Position numbers and translations under genes: made by a program. Of a stretch of DNA of 64,000 nucleotides, positions 1 through 9,962 are shown piece by piece. The stretch's first letter is position 1. Every line of letters begins with the position of its first letter. The DNA is from Marispirochaeta sp. (GTDB lineage: Bacteria > Spirochaetota > Spirochaetia > JC444 > Marispirochaetaceae). Under the pieces are notes generated by a model. That model had not been told where the DNA came from, searched no databases, and worked only from the letters and a program-made list of their open reading frames with translations. Location: positions 640,001 through 704,000 of the forward strand of contig CAXXFF010000003.1 in assembly GCA_963676835.2 (NCBI GenBank). The letters run 5' to 3'.

Positions 1-181
1 TCGACACGGACCGACCAAAATAATCGAGCTGCGAAGGGTCACTTGCAGCAATTCTTTTTTCTACAATGTCATCCCAGGTGGACTCCACTGATGTTTCCTG
101 GCTCCCCCCTCCCCCTGCTCCGGTCTCGCCGCAGGAGAAAAAGAGAAGAATACCCAAAAAACTCATCAACGCACATTTCAT
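1..181 (-). CDS. FG-GAP-repeat lipoprotein, 5' part only (runs off the window start)
   Basis: Not in the ORF track. Manual translation gives MKCALMSFLGILLFFSC-GETGAGGGGSQ...IAASDPSQLDYFGRSVS: lipobox LFFSC, Gly linker, start of an FG-GAP-type repeat; GGAG upstream. Confidence 0.7.
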   Translation of the reverse strand, partial: MKCALMSFLGILLFFSCGETGAGGGGSQETSVESTWDDIVEKRIAASDPSQLDYFGRSVS

Positions 182-373
182 GCATACACTCCATTGCTTA
201 CTGTTTATTCAATGAAATTGTATCCATGGGTGGGAAAAAACTCTTCCCAGTTTATAATCTGGGAATAAAAAAAGGTTTTTAGTACCATAAACCGAGTTTC
301 TGCGGCCCTCTGCTTTCCTGTTTCCACTTCTTTTGCACTCCTGCCCGCCCCCCTTATCACGCATCCTGATATG

Positions 374-382
374 TGCTATAGT
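374..382 (+). promoter_or_regulatory. Candidate extended -10 promoter (TGcTATAGT) for the DEAD-box helicase gene
   Basis: TGn-TATAGT about 190 nt upstream of ATG 569; sequence match only. Confidence 0.35.
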
Positions 383-568
383 CCGTTTAATTGCGGCTCA
401 TTTTGGTTGAGACCGCAGCTTTTGATCAGTGCATCCAACCTTTAATCCCTACCAGGAATAATCAAACCCTGTTATGCAAAGACAAGCTGAATGCTTGTAA
501 TCTGCGGTTGTATGTCAGAATCATCAGACTGATCCGGGAAATCCGGTATACAACAGGCGGAAATTGAC

Positions 569-2275
569 ATGACAGAATTCTCATCTCTCCCTTTGAAGCA
601 GGAGCTTATTAATGCCTGCTCAGCCCTCGGCTTTGAGAAGCCGACCCCTATTCAGGCACGGGCCATCCCTGCCCTTATTGAATCATCCAGCGACCTCGTA
701 GCCCTGGCCGGCACGGGTACAGGAAAAACTGCAGCCTTCGGACTGCCTATGCTGCATAAGCTTGATCCCGACTCCCGAACCATTCAGGCCCTGGTTCTGA
801 GCCCTACCCGGGAGCTCTGCTGCCAGATAAGCGCAGACCTGAAGAACTTTGCCAAAGAGCTTCCAGGCGTACGCATTGTTCCCGTCTACGGCGGAGCCAG
901 TATGGGAACCCAGATTCGGGACCTTAAAAGAAACCCCCAGATTGTGGTTGCCACACCGGGCCGGCTGATTGACCATCTGGAACGGGGAAATATCGACCTT
1001 ACCAATCTTGCAACCCTTGTTCTGGACGAAGCGGACGAAATGCTTTCCATGGGGTTCCGGGAAGAGCTTGAAACCATTATTGCCGGTACCTCCGGCGAAA
1101 AGCAGACCTGCCTCTTTTCAGCGACAATGCCCCGGGATATCCGCAGCATTATCAGTTCCTACCTGAATGACCCTCAGGAAATTTCAGTGCCGAAGGAACA
1201 CCAGGACACAGGCAAGGTAGACCACCGCTACTGCATGGTAAAGCAGCATGAACGTTTTGAAACTTTAAGCAGGTTTATTGCCCGCCACAGCGACATGTAC
1301 GGTATTGTATTCTGCCGAACCAAGGACCAGACCAGAGAGATTGCCGACAAGCTTGGTGAAGCAGGTTTTGCAGCGGAAGCAATCCACGGGGATCTCTCCC
1401 AGCAGCAGCGTGACTATGTTATGCAGCGTTTCCGCAACCGCATTGTAAAGATTCTGGTTGCCACCGACGTAGCTGCCCGGGGAATCGATGTAAACGACCT
1501 TTCCCATGTTATTCACTATGAACTTCCCCATAACGCGGAATCCTATGTACACCGTTCAGGCAGAACCGGACGGGCCGGCAAGGAAGGAACTTCCGTTGCC
1601 ATAGTTACTCCGAAAGACGGCTACAAGGTACGCTCCCTGGGCAAGCGGATTAACAGTGAAGTAACCAAGATGAACGTTCCCACGGGAAACGAAATTCTTG
1701 CCTATCATATATCCGAATTCGTTGAAGAGATAAAAAACCCTGCACCCATGGGAGACCATGAGCGGGAACATTTCTCCAACGCGGTGGAGGAGCTGAATGA
1801 ACTGTCCAAAGAAGAACTCATTGAGCGGATTCTCTACTCCCGCTTCGGTGAACAGATTGAATATTACCGCAGCCGGCAGGACATAAAAGGCCACTCCGAG
1901 GATTCCGGAAGACGAGGCAGATACGACCGTAATGACCGGTATGACCGCAATGAAAGAAGCGACAGAAACCGCGGTGACCGGGGGAACAACAGACGGGCCG
2001 GCAATCCCCGGGATAGAAGAGACCGCGGCGGTTTTGATGACAACAGAAATGTGGACTTCGCCCGGGTAATGTTTCCCATGGGCTCCAAAGACGGACTCAG
2101 AAAGGGCGACCTTATCGGTCTTGCCAACAAGGTAATGAAGGGAAAGCAGTTCCCCGTCGGCAAGGTTATGTTGAAAACCAACAGTGCCACCATTGAAGTT
2201 CCCCGGGATATGTCCGCGGAACTGGCAAAAAGGCTGGATGGCAAGGTTGTCAAGGAAAAGAAGAAAAGCGCTTAA
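569..2275 (+). CDS. deaD: DEAD-box RNA helicase (DeaD/CsdA-like) with C-terminal DbpA-type RNA-binding domain
   Basis: Q motif GFEKPTPIQ, GTGKT, PTREL, DEAD, SAT, HRSGRTGRAG; R/D/N-rich linker before the C-terminal domain. Confidence 0.93.
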   Translation: MTEFSSLPLKQELINACSALGFEKPTPIQARAIPALIESSSDLVALAGTGTGKTAAFGLPMLHKLDPDSRTIQALVLSPTRELCCQISADLKNFAKELPGVRIVPVYGGASMGTQIRDLKRNPQIVVATPGRLIDHLERGNIDLTNLATLVLDEADEMLSMGFREELETIIAGTSGEKQTCLFSATMPRDIRSIISSYLNDPQEISVPKEHQDTGKVDHRYCMVKQHERFETLSRFIARHSDMYGIVFCRTKDQTREIADKLGEAGFAAEAIHGDLSQQQRDYVMQRFRNRIVKILVATDVAARGIDVNDLSHVIHYELPHNAESYVHRSGRTGRAGKEGTSVAIVTPKDGYKVRSLGKRINSEVTKMNVPTGNEILAYHISEFVEEIKNPAPMGDHEREHFSNAVEELNELSKEELIERILYSRFGEQIEYYRSRQDIKGHSEDSGRRGRYDRNDRYDRNERSDRNRGDRGNNRRAGNPRDRRDRGGFDDNRNVDFARVMFPMGSKDGLRKGDLIGLANKVMKGKQFPVGKVMLKTNSATIEVPRDMSAELAKRLDGKVVKEKKKSA

Positions 2276-2952
2276 TCCTCAAACTGAATCAACTCACGGT
2301 CCCTGTCGGTTATTTCACCATAGGGGCCGCGCATTTCCCGGGGCAGCAGATCAGCCAGCTGAACCATCATGGCTCTGGCAAGGGCCTGCCGCTCCTCCTT
2401 GCCGATCTTCTCGGGTTTGGCAAGGCGAAAGGTTTTACCCACCTTGAATACTATTCTTGTTCTGCGGAAACGGCGTACATTCCGGGAAATGTTCTGACTT
2501 CCGTAATGAGCAACAGGAATAACCGGCACATCGTTTTTAACCGCAAGGGTTACAACTCCCGGGTTGGCAGGCAGCAGAATACCGTTCCGGGAGCGGGTAC
2601 CTTCCGGAGCAAGCCCGATAATTGCATCTTCAGAAAGCAAGTCACCAATTTTACGGAATGTTGCTCCCGGAGAAGCCCCCCGCTCGATAGGAATTCCTCC
2701 CCAGCGCTTTGCAATGGTACTGATTACGGGAATCCGGGAAATTTCAACCTTCATAATTCCATAGATGGTTCTGGGCCGCATGAGCAGATAGAACATCGGG
2801 GCTTCAAGAAAGTTGATATGATTGAATATCAGAATAAGCGGCCCCTTCTCCGGCATTTTTTCCCGCAATTCAGAATCATCTATAGAACAGACCATTCGCA
2901 GCAGAAGAGAAACAACTCCATCGAAAATACGTCCCAGCATATTACCATCCAT
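2272..2952 (-). CDS. Lysophospholipid (1-acyl-sn-glycerol-3-phosphate) acyltransferase family protein
   Basis: NHINFLE (HX4D-like block), PIER, PEGTRS, VPVIPVA motifs. Confidence 0.85.
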   Translation of the reverse strand: MDGNMLGRIFDGVVSLLLRMVCSIDDSELREKMPEKGPLILIFNHINFLEAPMFYLLMRPRTIYGIMKVEISRIPVISTIAKRWGGIPIERGASPGATFRKIGDLLSEDAIIGLAPEGTRSRNGILLPANPGVVTLAVKNDVPVIPVAHYGSQNISRNVRRFRRTRIVFKVGKTFRLAKPEKIGKEERQALARAMMVQLADLLPREMRGPYGEITDRDRELIQFED

Positions 2953-3020
2953 AGCAGAAAGAACTGAGCTACCAAGATAACAGGAAAAAGCAGACTATAG
3001 TACCTTTTTTTGATAATATA

Positions 3021-3758
3021 ATGACAATGGAAGAAAACAGGTCCTCCAATGGAAAATTTCCTGAATTTGCCAAGGGCGCCAGGGATACTATTCCCCTTCT
3101 TTTAGGGGCTCTGCCCTTCGGACTTATTTACGGAACCATGGCCATTACCGCCGGAATGAGTCGTACCGCAGCAGCTGCAATGTCGGCCTTTGTCTTTGCC
3201 GGGTCTGCCCAGTTTATTGCCGTAGGCCTGATCGGAGCAGGGACACCGGTGCTGGTCGTTGTTGCCACCACCTTTGTGGTTAATCTCCGGCATATGCTCT
3301 ACAGTGCAACACTGCTGCCGAGCCTTAAAAAACTGCCCGTTTCATGGCGGGCTGTACTGGCCTTTTTTTTAACCGACGAAACCTTCGCTGTTTCGGTCCA
3401 CCGCTGGAACGCAACGGACAAATCGGAAAACAAACACTGGTATCAGCTTGGCTCCTCTTTAGCCATGTATCTCAACTGGCAGTTCTGGTGCTTTACCGGA
3501 ACCCTTATTGGTTCGAGCATTCCCGATGCCGCCGACTGGGGTCTGGATGTGGCCATGCCGGTTACCTTTATCGGTATGACCATCCCTTTTGTGCGCTCTG
3601 TTCCCATGGTTGTCTGTGTAGCTGCAGCGGCAATAACCGCTCTTCTCTTTAACGGACTCCCCTATAAAGCGGGGCTCATGATAGCCGCTGCGGTTGGCAT
3701 TATCAGCGGCCTTGCAGCAGAAAGAGTAAAGCTCAGGCGGAGAGGTGCGAAAGTATGA
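3021..3758 (+). CDS. azlC: AzlC family branched-chain amino acid export permease
   Basis: [28 protein letters not shown] signatures; hydrophobic. Confidence 0.92.
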   Translation: MTMEENRSSNGKFPEFAKGARDTIPLLLGALPFGLIYGTMAITAGMSRTAAAAMSAFVFAGSAQFIAVGLIGAGTPVLVVVATTFVVNLRHMLYSATLLPSLKKLPVSWRAVLAFFLTDETFAVSVHRWNATDKSENKHWYQLGSSLAMYLNWQFWCFTGTLIGSSIPDAADWGLDVAMPVTFIGMTIPFVRSVPMVVCVAAAAITALLFNGLPYKAGLMIAAAVGIISGLAAERVKLRRRGAKV

Positions 3759-4090
3759 CTTTAACAGAATTACTGATTATTGCCGGGATGCTTCTGGTTA
3801 CTTACAGCATCCGCAGTATCCTTCTGCTGTTTTCCGGCAAAATACAGCTCTCATCCGGAATTGAGCGGGCCCTCGCCTATGTTCCGCCAGCAGTACTCAC
3901 TGCGATAACCGTCCCGGCGGTTTTAATGCCCCGGGGAGGAATAGAAGTCAGTATGGGGAATCACTATCTTCTCAGTGCCGCTGCCGCTGTAACTGCTGGG
4001 GTAATCTTTCACCGCATAGCATTATGGGCGGCTATTGTTACAGGGCTTGCAGTCTTTGTGCTCTGGAAAATATTTTATCCCCTTGCTTAA
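3755..4090 (+). CDS. azlD: AzlD family membrane protein
   Basis: VTYSIR and [11 protein letters not shown] motifs; 4-nt overlap with azlC. Confidence 0.88.
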   Translation: MTLTELLIIAGMLLVTYSIRSILLLFSGKIQLSSGIERALAYVPPAVLTAITVPAVLMPRGGIEVSMGNHYLLSAAAAVTAGVIFHRIALWAAIVTGLAVFVLWKIFYPLA

Positions 4091-4118
4091 GCATCCCCGG
4101 GATAGTAGAATTTGACCA

Positions 4119-5120
4119 GTGGTGGAAGATAAAGAAATAAACGAAGACAAAAAGTCCGTACTTCTCTCCAGGGCGGCCATTTTCTCCGACCTTACCAGTG
4201 ACGAAATTAAAGTCCTTGCAGTTCATTCTGCATATTACACTTTTAACGCCGATGAGTTTCTGTACCGGAAAGGAAGCAGTGAAACAGAACTGTTCGTTCT
4301 GGATACAGGAGAGGTCAATATTATACGGGAGAGCGATTCCGGAAGAAGTCAGGTGGTTGCCCGTTTTGTTTCGGGAGAAAGCTTCGGAGAACTGGATCTT
4401 CTCTCAATGTCCCCCAGAGAAGAGTCGGCTCAGACAACCACAACAACTAATATTCTGATTTTTCCCGCCCGGGGGATCTCTTTTCAGAAAATACTCTCAT
4501 CCAATCCCGCTTGGGCGAACAGAGTGCTGAAAAAATTCATGTGCTCCGTTGCCGATAGAATCCGGCAGTCAAATAAACGGATAAAAGAAAATTCCCCATG
4601 GATACAGGAACTTCGCAGAAAATTTTATACCGATTTTCGCACCGGACTGCCGAACAGAACCTTTCTTGAAGACAATCTGTCCGGCTTTTTCTCATCAGGA
4701 CGTTGCAGTCTGCTCATGTTCAAGCCGGATAATTTCAAGGAAATTAACGACAGCTTCGGCCATAAAGCCGGTGATATTGCCATAGAAGAGATCGGCGAGT
4801 TTTTTTCCGGGATAATTGCAGAAGATGAAACAGCCGTCAGATTTATGAGTAACGAGTTTGCCGTAATTCTGCCCGACTCAGATCTGGAGAAGGCAAAAAT
4901 ACGGGCCGGAGAAATTCAGGATATGCAGTGCAGAATGAATTTCAGAAAAGCCACCGGCGGCACCAGTATGGATATAACCGTATCTGTGGGTATTGCACAG
5001 TACCCTGATCACGCAGATACCCCGGCGGAGATTATACGTCTGGCCCATGAGTACGCAATGATGGGCCGGCAGAACGGACGAAGACGGATTCTTGTTGCCG
5101 GCGAAGAGGTCTCCCCATGA
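4119..5120 (+). CDS. cNMP-binding domain plus degenerate GGDEF domain protein
   Basis: N-terminal IFSDL...GESFGE...PREESA (cNMP pocket); C-terminal TGLPNR, DNFKEINDSFGHKAGD, but the active-site loop reads MSNEF. Confidence 0.85.
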   Translation: MVEDKEINEDKKSVLLSRAAIFSDLTSDEIKVLAVHSAYYTFNADEFLYRKGSSETELFVLDTGEVNIIRESDSGRSQVVARFVSGESFGELDLLSMSPREESAQTTTTTNILIFPARGISFQKILSSNPAWANRVLKKFMCSVADRIRQSNKRIKENSPWIQELRRKFYTDFRTGLPNRTFLEDNLSGFFSSGRCSLLMFKPDNFKEINDSFGHKAGDIAIEEIGEFFSGIIAEDETAVRFMSNEFAVILPDSDLEKAKIRAGEIQDMQCRMNFRKATGGTSMDITVSVGIAQYPDHADTPAEIIRLAHEYAMMGRQNGRRRILVAGEEVSP

Positions 5121-7267
5121 TCCGCTTTGATTTTCTGAAAACCGTGGATATCTTTAAATCCCTTGACCGCTACGAACTGGAAAACCTGTCGGGCTTCCTT
5201 ACCCGCCGGGCTATTTATCGTGACGAGATCCTTTTTCATGAAGGCGATGACGGGGATGAACTCTATATAGTCTATAAAGGCAGGCTGGGAGTTTCAGTGG
5301 AGCTTCCCAGCGGAGACAGCGTGGAAGTTGCCGAGTTCGGACCGGGAGATTTTTTCGGTGAGATGAGCATTTTCCAGCAGGAACCCCGTTCTGCCGCCTG
5401 TGTGGTAAAAGAGAACGGAGTGCTTCTTTCCCTCAAGGCGGACGACTTTTTCCGCCTTGGCGACACCCGTCCCCGGACGTCAGTCCGTATTATCCACAGA
5501 ATGCTGGACATTACCGTAAGCCGTCTGCGTAATACCAACGGACTGCTTTCGGATATGGTACAGTGGGGCGAAGAGGCCAGCCGAAGAGCAGCCACAGATG
5601 AGCATACAGGTCTGTATAACCGGGAGTTCTTTGACACGACCCTTAAACAGCGTTTACGGGAAAGCAGGAGAAGAAAGGAACCCCTATGCCTTGCCATGGT
5701 AGATCTTGACAGATTCGGTAAGCTTAATGAACAATATGGAGAGGCACTGTGCGACAGTATACTGAAAACCTGTGCCGGGGTATTTACGGAGGTTTTTTCG
5801 GAACGGGATATAATTACCCGCTACGGAGGAGACGAATTTGCCATTATTTTACCAGGCAGATCCATTACGGAAGCCGCGGAACTCTGCACCAGGGTTTGCC
5901 GTGGAATACGAAATGCAGAGGCTAAGGATAATTCCGGAAAGAAGATTTCCCTGACAGCGAGTATCGGAGTTGCATCGGTACAGCGGCAGAGAATTTCCGG
6001 TGAGGAATTGATTCGAAGAGCGGACGAATCATTATATCAGGCAAAAGATGCCGGCAGAGACCGTTCAGTCTGCTACGGGGTAAGAAAGGACAAACCAATG
6101 AAAAAGTCGGATATTACCAGCATTGCCCAGAAAAACCGGATTACCAGGAATATCGCCAGAGCTATGCAGGAAGGTGAAACATTCCTCATCCTGGGTCACC
6201 ATAACCCCGATGAAGACTGTATTGCATCCATGGTCTCTATTTCTCTGCTTTTGAAAAAGCTGAATAAAAGTGTTTTTATACTTCTTACTGAAGAGGTTCA
6301 TGAACGCTATCACTACCTGCTGAATATCTGCCGTTATAATGCAATCCGCACAATATCAGACTGCAGTGAGGTCGATGATCACTTCGACACCATCTGCGTG
6401 GTTGATACACCAAAACCGGCAATGCTTCAGACATGCCCTTCTGCGGACAGACTCCTGAAGTCCCCCGAAGTCCGTATTCTCGAATTTGATCACCATCTCG
6501 CGGCCGACTCAGCCTATATTGCACCCCTGCAGTATGCCCTTGTGGCTGATGCATCCTCCACCTGTGAGCATATCGGGTATCTGGCTCTTAAAATGTGCCT
6601 GCGCCCGGAACTGGCTGGAAATATAGATACGGAACATCTTTTTACCCGCAATTTTGTCCTTGCGGTTCTTACGGGGATTGTCGGGGACTCCAAGATGGGA
6701 AAATACATCAAGAACAGAAAAGAACAGTGGTATTACGACCTTTTCAGTACTACCTTTGCCCATCTTCTGGAAGAGACAACCGAAAAAGGCTCCTCCAACC
6801 TTTCCAATATTGATGAAGTTTTTGATGAGATTACCCGGCTTTCAAAGCTTGAAGAACTCTGTTTCTCCTGGTTTATGGAGGATATCGGCGAATCACCCCT
6901 GGTCCACTACAGCCTTCTGCCCAGGAAACACACAAATCCGCTGCCCCCGGATATAGACCTCGATCTTTTGATCAACACCGCCCGGGCAGTTACGGACTCC
7001 ATGGCCGAAAAGAGCGGCAAACTCGGAATGGTGGTCTATTATGACCCCCTTGAAAAGAGTGATCTTATTCAGTTCAGGCTGCGCCGCAGTCACACCTACC
7101 GGGGGCTGGACTTGAGAAACATCCTTTCAGAAGCAGGGATTACCAATGGCGGCGGCCATGAAGGGGCTGTAGGCTTTCGGATTCCCCGGACAGAGGTTCC
7201 GGATCTGCAGGCCTTTGTAGACTCCCTGATACGTATCATCGAAGGACTTGCGGAGAACTCCGCCTAA
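5117..7267 (+). CDS. cNMP-binding + GGDEF diguanylate cyclase + DHH/DHHA1 phosphoesterase (single ORF as given)
   Basis: GDFFGEM...PRSA; TGLYNR, DLDRF, RYGGDEF, AKDAGRD; then GHHNPDED, VVDT, FDHH, GIVGDS, GGGHEGAVG. Confidence 0.88.
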   Translation: MIRFDFLKTVDIFKSLDRYELENLSGFLTRRAIYRDEILFHEGDDGDELYIVYKGRLGVSVELPSGDSVEVAEFGPGDFFGEMSIFQQEPRSAACVVKENGVLLSLKADDFFRLGDTRPRTSVRIIHRMLDITVSRLRNTNGLLSDMVQWGEEASRRAATDEHTGLYNREFFDTTLKQRLRESRRRKEPLCLAMVDLDRFGKLNEQYGEALCDSILKTCAGVFTEVFSERDIITRYGGDEFAIILPGRSITEAAELCTRVCRGIRNAEAKDNSGKKISLTASIGVASVQRQRISGEELIRRADESLYQAKDAGRDRSVCYGVRKDKPMKKSDITSIAQKNRITRNIARAMQEGETFLILGHHNPDEDCIASMVSISLLLKKLNKSVFILLTEEVHERYHYLLNICRYNAIRTISDCSEVDDHFDTICVVDTPKPAMLQTCPSADRLLKSPEVRILEFDHHLAADSAYIAPLQYALVADASSTCEHIGYLALKMCLRPELAGNIDTEHLFTRNFVLAVLTGIVGDSKMGKYIKNRKEQWYYDLFSTTFAHLLEETTEKGSSNLSNIDEVFDEITRLSKLEELCFSWFMEDIGESPLVHYSLLPRKHTNPLPPDIDLDLLINTARAVTDSMAEKSGKLGMVVYYDPLEKSDLIQFRLRRSHTYRGLDLRNILSEAGITNGGGHEGAVGFRIPRTEVPDLQAFVDSLIRIIEGLAENSA

Positions 7268-8220
7268 CTCTTCTTTTGTGAAGTCACATGCAGAAACTTT
7301 ACAAACACCTCTTTCCTGTCCAGAGATTCAGCAAGAACTTCGCCGTTAATCCAGACACCGCCGGGCTTATCCTGGTGAGAGAAAAAGATGCGAAGATCCA
7401 TAAAGCGGGTAAGCACTCCATCGGGATTTTCAATAAATGCACCCTTCCGGGTTATCCGGTAGAGAGAGGTCTTTACCGGGGCCCCTTCCTTTCCGTCGAT
7501 TTTAATAAACACCTTAAAATCCCGATTCTGCTTTTTCCCCGATACCTCACCCCAGCGGGTTACCGGTATTTCATCAGAATGTTTTAACACCAGACGTTCC
7601 GGACTTCCCTTTGTCTCAGGTCTGGTAACAAACGCGAGAATACCTGTCCGGTGAGGAATGTGAATTACCATGAAAGAATCCTGAAATGGCAGGGATTTTC
7701 CCTCCAGGGTAAAGCTCTCTTTTGAAGCGGCTGTTACCCGGGCGTCTATTATTTTTCCATTGGAAGCCTCTATTTTAACCGGAGTTCCCGGAACAAGACT
7801 TCTGGTACCTTCTCTGCTCTTTTCTACCACAGGAGAGAGAAACCCGGCCTTCTCCCCTATACGCTGCATCATATCTGCGGAAAAAACTGCCTTCTGCTGT
7901 TTTTTCAGTTCTTCACAGCAGTTCTGAAAGGTATTCTCATTGCTTACAATAAGGTACTTCTTCCAGGGCTTATCAAGACAGCCGGAAAGGCTATCGATAA
8001 AATCAAGCTCATTTATGGTCAGATCGAGAACGCGTATTCTGTCCCTGTAGAGCCTCTGTGCAAGCTTTCTGTTGGCAGCAGCCTGTCTGCGCTTAACAAG
8101 TACTGCGGTAATCAGCAGAAAAATTAGAAAGCCCGCAAGAATACTTAAACCAAGACTCACATAGCTGGGACTCTTCTGAAACCCCTGCGCCAGAGCCTGA
8201 ATAAAATCACTAATAGACAT
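7264..8220 (-). CDS. Membrane-anchored hypothetical protein, possibly with degenerate PilZ-like C-terminal domains
   Basis: One N-terminal TM helix; beta-rich C-terminus with YRITRKGA where PilZ has (D/N)xSxxG; no clear RxxxR. Confidence 0.5.
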   Translation of the reverse strand: MSISDFIQALAQGFQKSPSYVSLGLSILAGFLIFLLITAVLVKRRQAAANRKLAQRLYRDRIRVLDLTINELDFIDSLSGCLDKPWKKYLIVSNENTFQNCCEELKKQQKAVFSADMMQRIGEKAGFLSPVVEKSREGTRSLVPGTPVKIEASNGKIIDARVTAASKESFTLEGKSLPFQDSFMVIHIPHRTGILAFVTRPETKGSPERLVLKHSDEIPVTRWGEVSGKKQNRDFKVFIKIDGKEGAPVKTSLYRITRKGAFIENPDGVLTRFMDLRIFFSHQDKPGGVWINGEVLAESLDRKEVFVKFLHVTSQKKS

Positions 8221-8315
8221 TACCCGCTACCCCCGAAAAACATTCACTCTGAACCATTATAGCAGATAAAACCCCTCAGGCGGTAATGGACAGAAAAAAC
8301 AGCCCACCGTAGAAT

Positions 8316-9533
8316 GTGCGGATGAAGAAGACCGCCGTTATCGGAGCAGGCCCCGCAGGCTTTATGGCTGCCATCCATGCCGCAGAGTGCGGTGAGGTTG
8401 TTCTCTTTGAGAAAATGGGCTCTCCTGCCCGCAAGCTGTTAATCAGCGGATCCGGACAGTGCAATATTACCCATGCCGGATCTCCGGGAGATTTTATTCA
8501 TCACTACGGCTATGCCGGTAAATTCCTGAGACCCGCCCTGTTCGCATTTACTCCGGAGAATCTTACAGCGTTTTTCGTTTCCGACGGATTACGATTTGTA
8601 ACAGAAAACAACGGCAAGATTTTCCCTTCAAGCCGCAAAGCCCGGGACGTACTGCAGGTTCTGAAAAACAGGGCGGAAGCGAAAGGTATTATCCTTAAGA
8701 CCGCCGTAGAAATTATCAACATTGAACATAAAAACCAGGAGTTTGAGATTGTAACCTCCCGCAGGACTGAAGGCCCCTTTACGCACCTTATACTGGCCTG
8801 CGGCGGTAAATCCTACCCCACCACCGGATCAGACGGCAGCGGATACAAACTGGCATCAGACCTGGGACACAGCATCGTGGAACCCCGCCCGGCGTTGACG
8901 GACATCCGGATAAAATCATTTCCCCTCTCGAAAGCAGCGGGGTCATCATACTCAGGAATCAACCTGATTGCTCTGTCAGAGGGGAAGACCCTCTTTAAAA
9001 AAGAGGGGGAGCTGCTGATTACCCACAACGGGTTTTCCGGCCCTCTTATTCTTGATAATTCCCGCTCTATGAAAACCGGTGACCAGGTAATTCCCGACTT
9101 CTGCGGCCTTGGTGAGAATGCGGATCCTATCCTCAGGGACCACTGCAGCCGGGAAGGAAACCGGCAGATAAGCAGCCTCTCCTCCATGTTTACCGCAAGT
9201 GCCGCTCTTTTTACCCTGCTCATGGAACAGGCCGGAATTGACACCGGGGCGAAACTTGCAGAAGTATCAAAAAAACAGCGAAAAACCATCCTTTCCGCGC
9301 TGCGGGAGCAGGAGTATGAGATTTCCGGACTTGGTGATTTTTCCAGGGCCATGGCAACTGCTGGAGGCGTTTCAAGAAATGAGATCAATCCCAAAACCAT
9401 GGAGAGCAGGATTGTTCCGGGGCTCTATTTTGCCGGTGAAATGATTGATATAGACGGAGATACCGGCGGCTATAATCTGCAGGCTGCATTCTCCACCGGG
9501 GAACTGGCGGGAAGATCAATCTGCGGGACCTGA
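8316..9533 (+). CDS. HI0933/BaiN-like NAD(P)/FAD-dependent flavoprotein
   Basis: IGAGPAG, KLLISGSGQCNITH, GGKSYPTTGSDGSGY, TAGGV, GLYFAGE, TGGYNLQAAFSTG; true start may be ATG 8322. Confidence 0.92.
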   Translation: MRMKKTAVIGAGPAGFMAAIHAAECGEVVLFEKMGSPARKLLISGSGQCNITHAGSPGDFIHHYGYAGKFLRPALFAFTPENLTAFFVSDGLRFVTENNGKIFPSSRKARDVLQVLKNRAEAKGIILKTAVEIINIEHKNQEFEIVTSRRTEGPFTHLILACGGKSYPTTGSDGSGYKLASDLGHSIVEPRPALTDIRIKSFPLSKAAGSSYSGINLIALSEGKTLFKKEGELLITHNGFSGPLILDNSRSMKTGDQVIPDFCGLGENADPILRDHCSREGNRQISSLSSMFTASAALFTLLMEQAGIDTGAKLAEVSKKQRKTILSALREQEYEISGLGDFSRAMATAGGVSRNEINPKTMESRIVPGLYFAGEMIDIDGDTGGYNLQAAFSTGELAGRSICGT

Positions 9534-9539
9534 TAACTG

Positions 9540-9938
9540 CTACCTTCTCTTCTTAAAGGGTGGAAACAGAACAAAAAGGGCGGCAACAAGCAGTCCGAAG
9601 CCGGTGTAAAGAACTATAAAAAACCAATCCGGCAGATTATAAAACATAAACTTGCGTATAATCCTGCCTACAAAGGTAATATCGCCTTCAGCAGTCTGAC
9701 CTGCAAGCATCCTCAGGCGGTATTCCCAGACAGTGAGCGGGCACCACATACCAATAACTGATTCAAAAGCAACAAAAAGCACCGAGACAAGATGAGCAAT
9801 TCTGAACGGTACATTGTGGATGAGATCACATTTAAGAATACCGCCGATAAGGGTTATGACTGCACTGCCTAGAGTAAACAGAAGAAAAGCAAAATGAAGA
9901 ATCAGAATAATATCTGCAAGTAGAGCGTATACTGCCAT
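9540..9938 (-). CDS. DUF2784 family membrane protein
   Basis: LLADIILILHFAF...FRIAHL...CPLTVWEYRLR...G pattern. Confidence 0.8.
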   Translation of the reverse strand: MAVYALLADIILILHFAFLLFTLGSAVITLIGGILKCDLIHNVPFRIAHLVSVLFVAFESVIGMWCPLTVWEYRLRMLAGQTAEGDITFVGRIIRKFMFYNLPDWFFIVLYTGFGLLVAALFVLFPPFKKRR

Positions 9939-9962
9939 ACCCCCGTATTTTATCAGAGACTG

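Noticed and set aside
43..282. 79-aa plus-strand ORF
   Set aside because: Overlaps a better-supported minus-strand lipoprotein start.
1915..2045. 9-nt periodic repeats in the helicase gene
   Set aside because: They encode the ordinary RYD/RND low-complexity linker of DEAD-box helicases.
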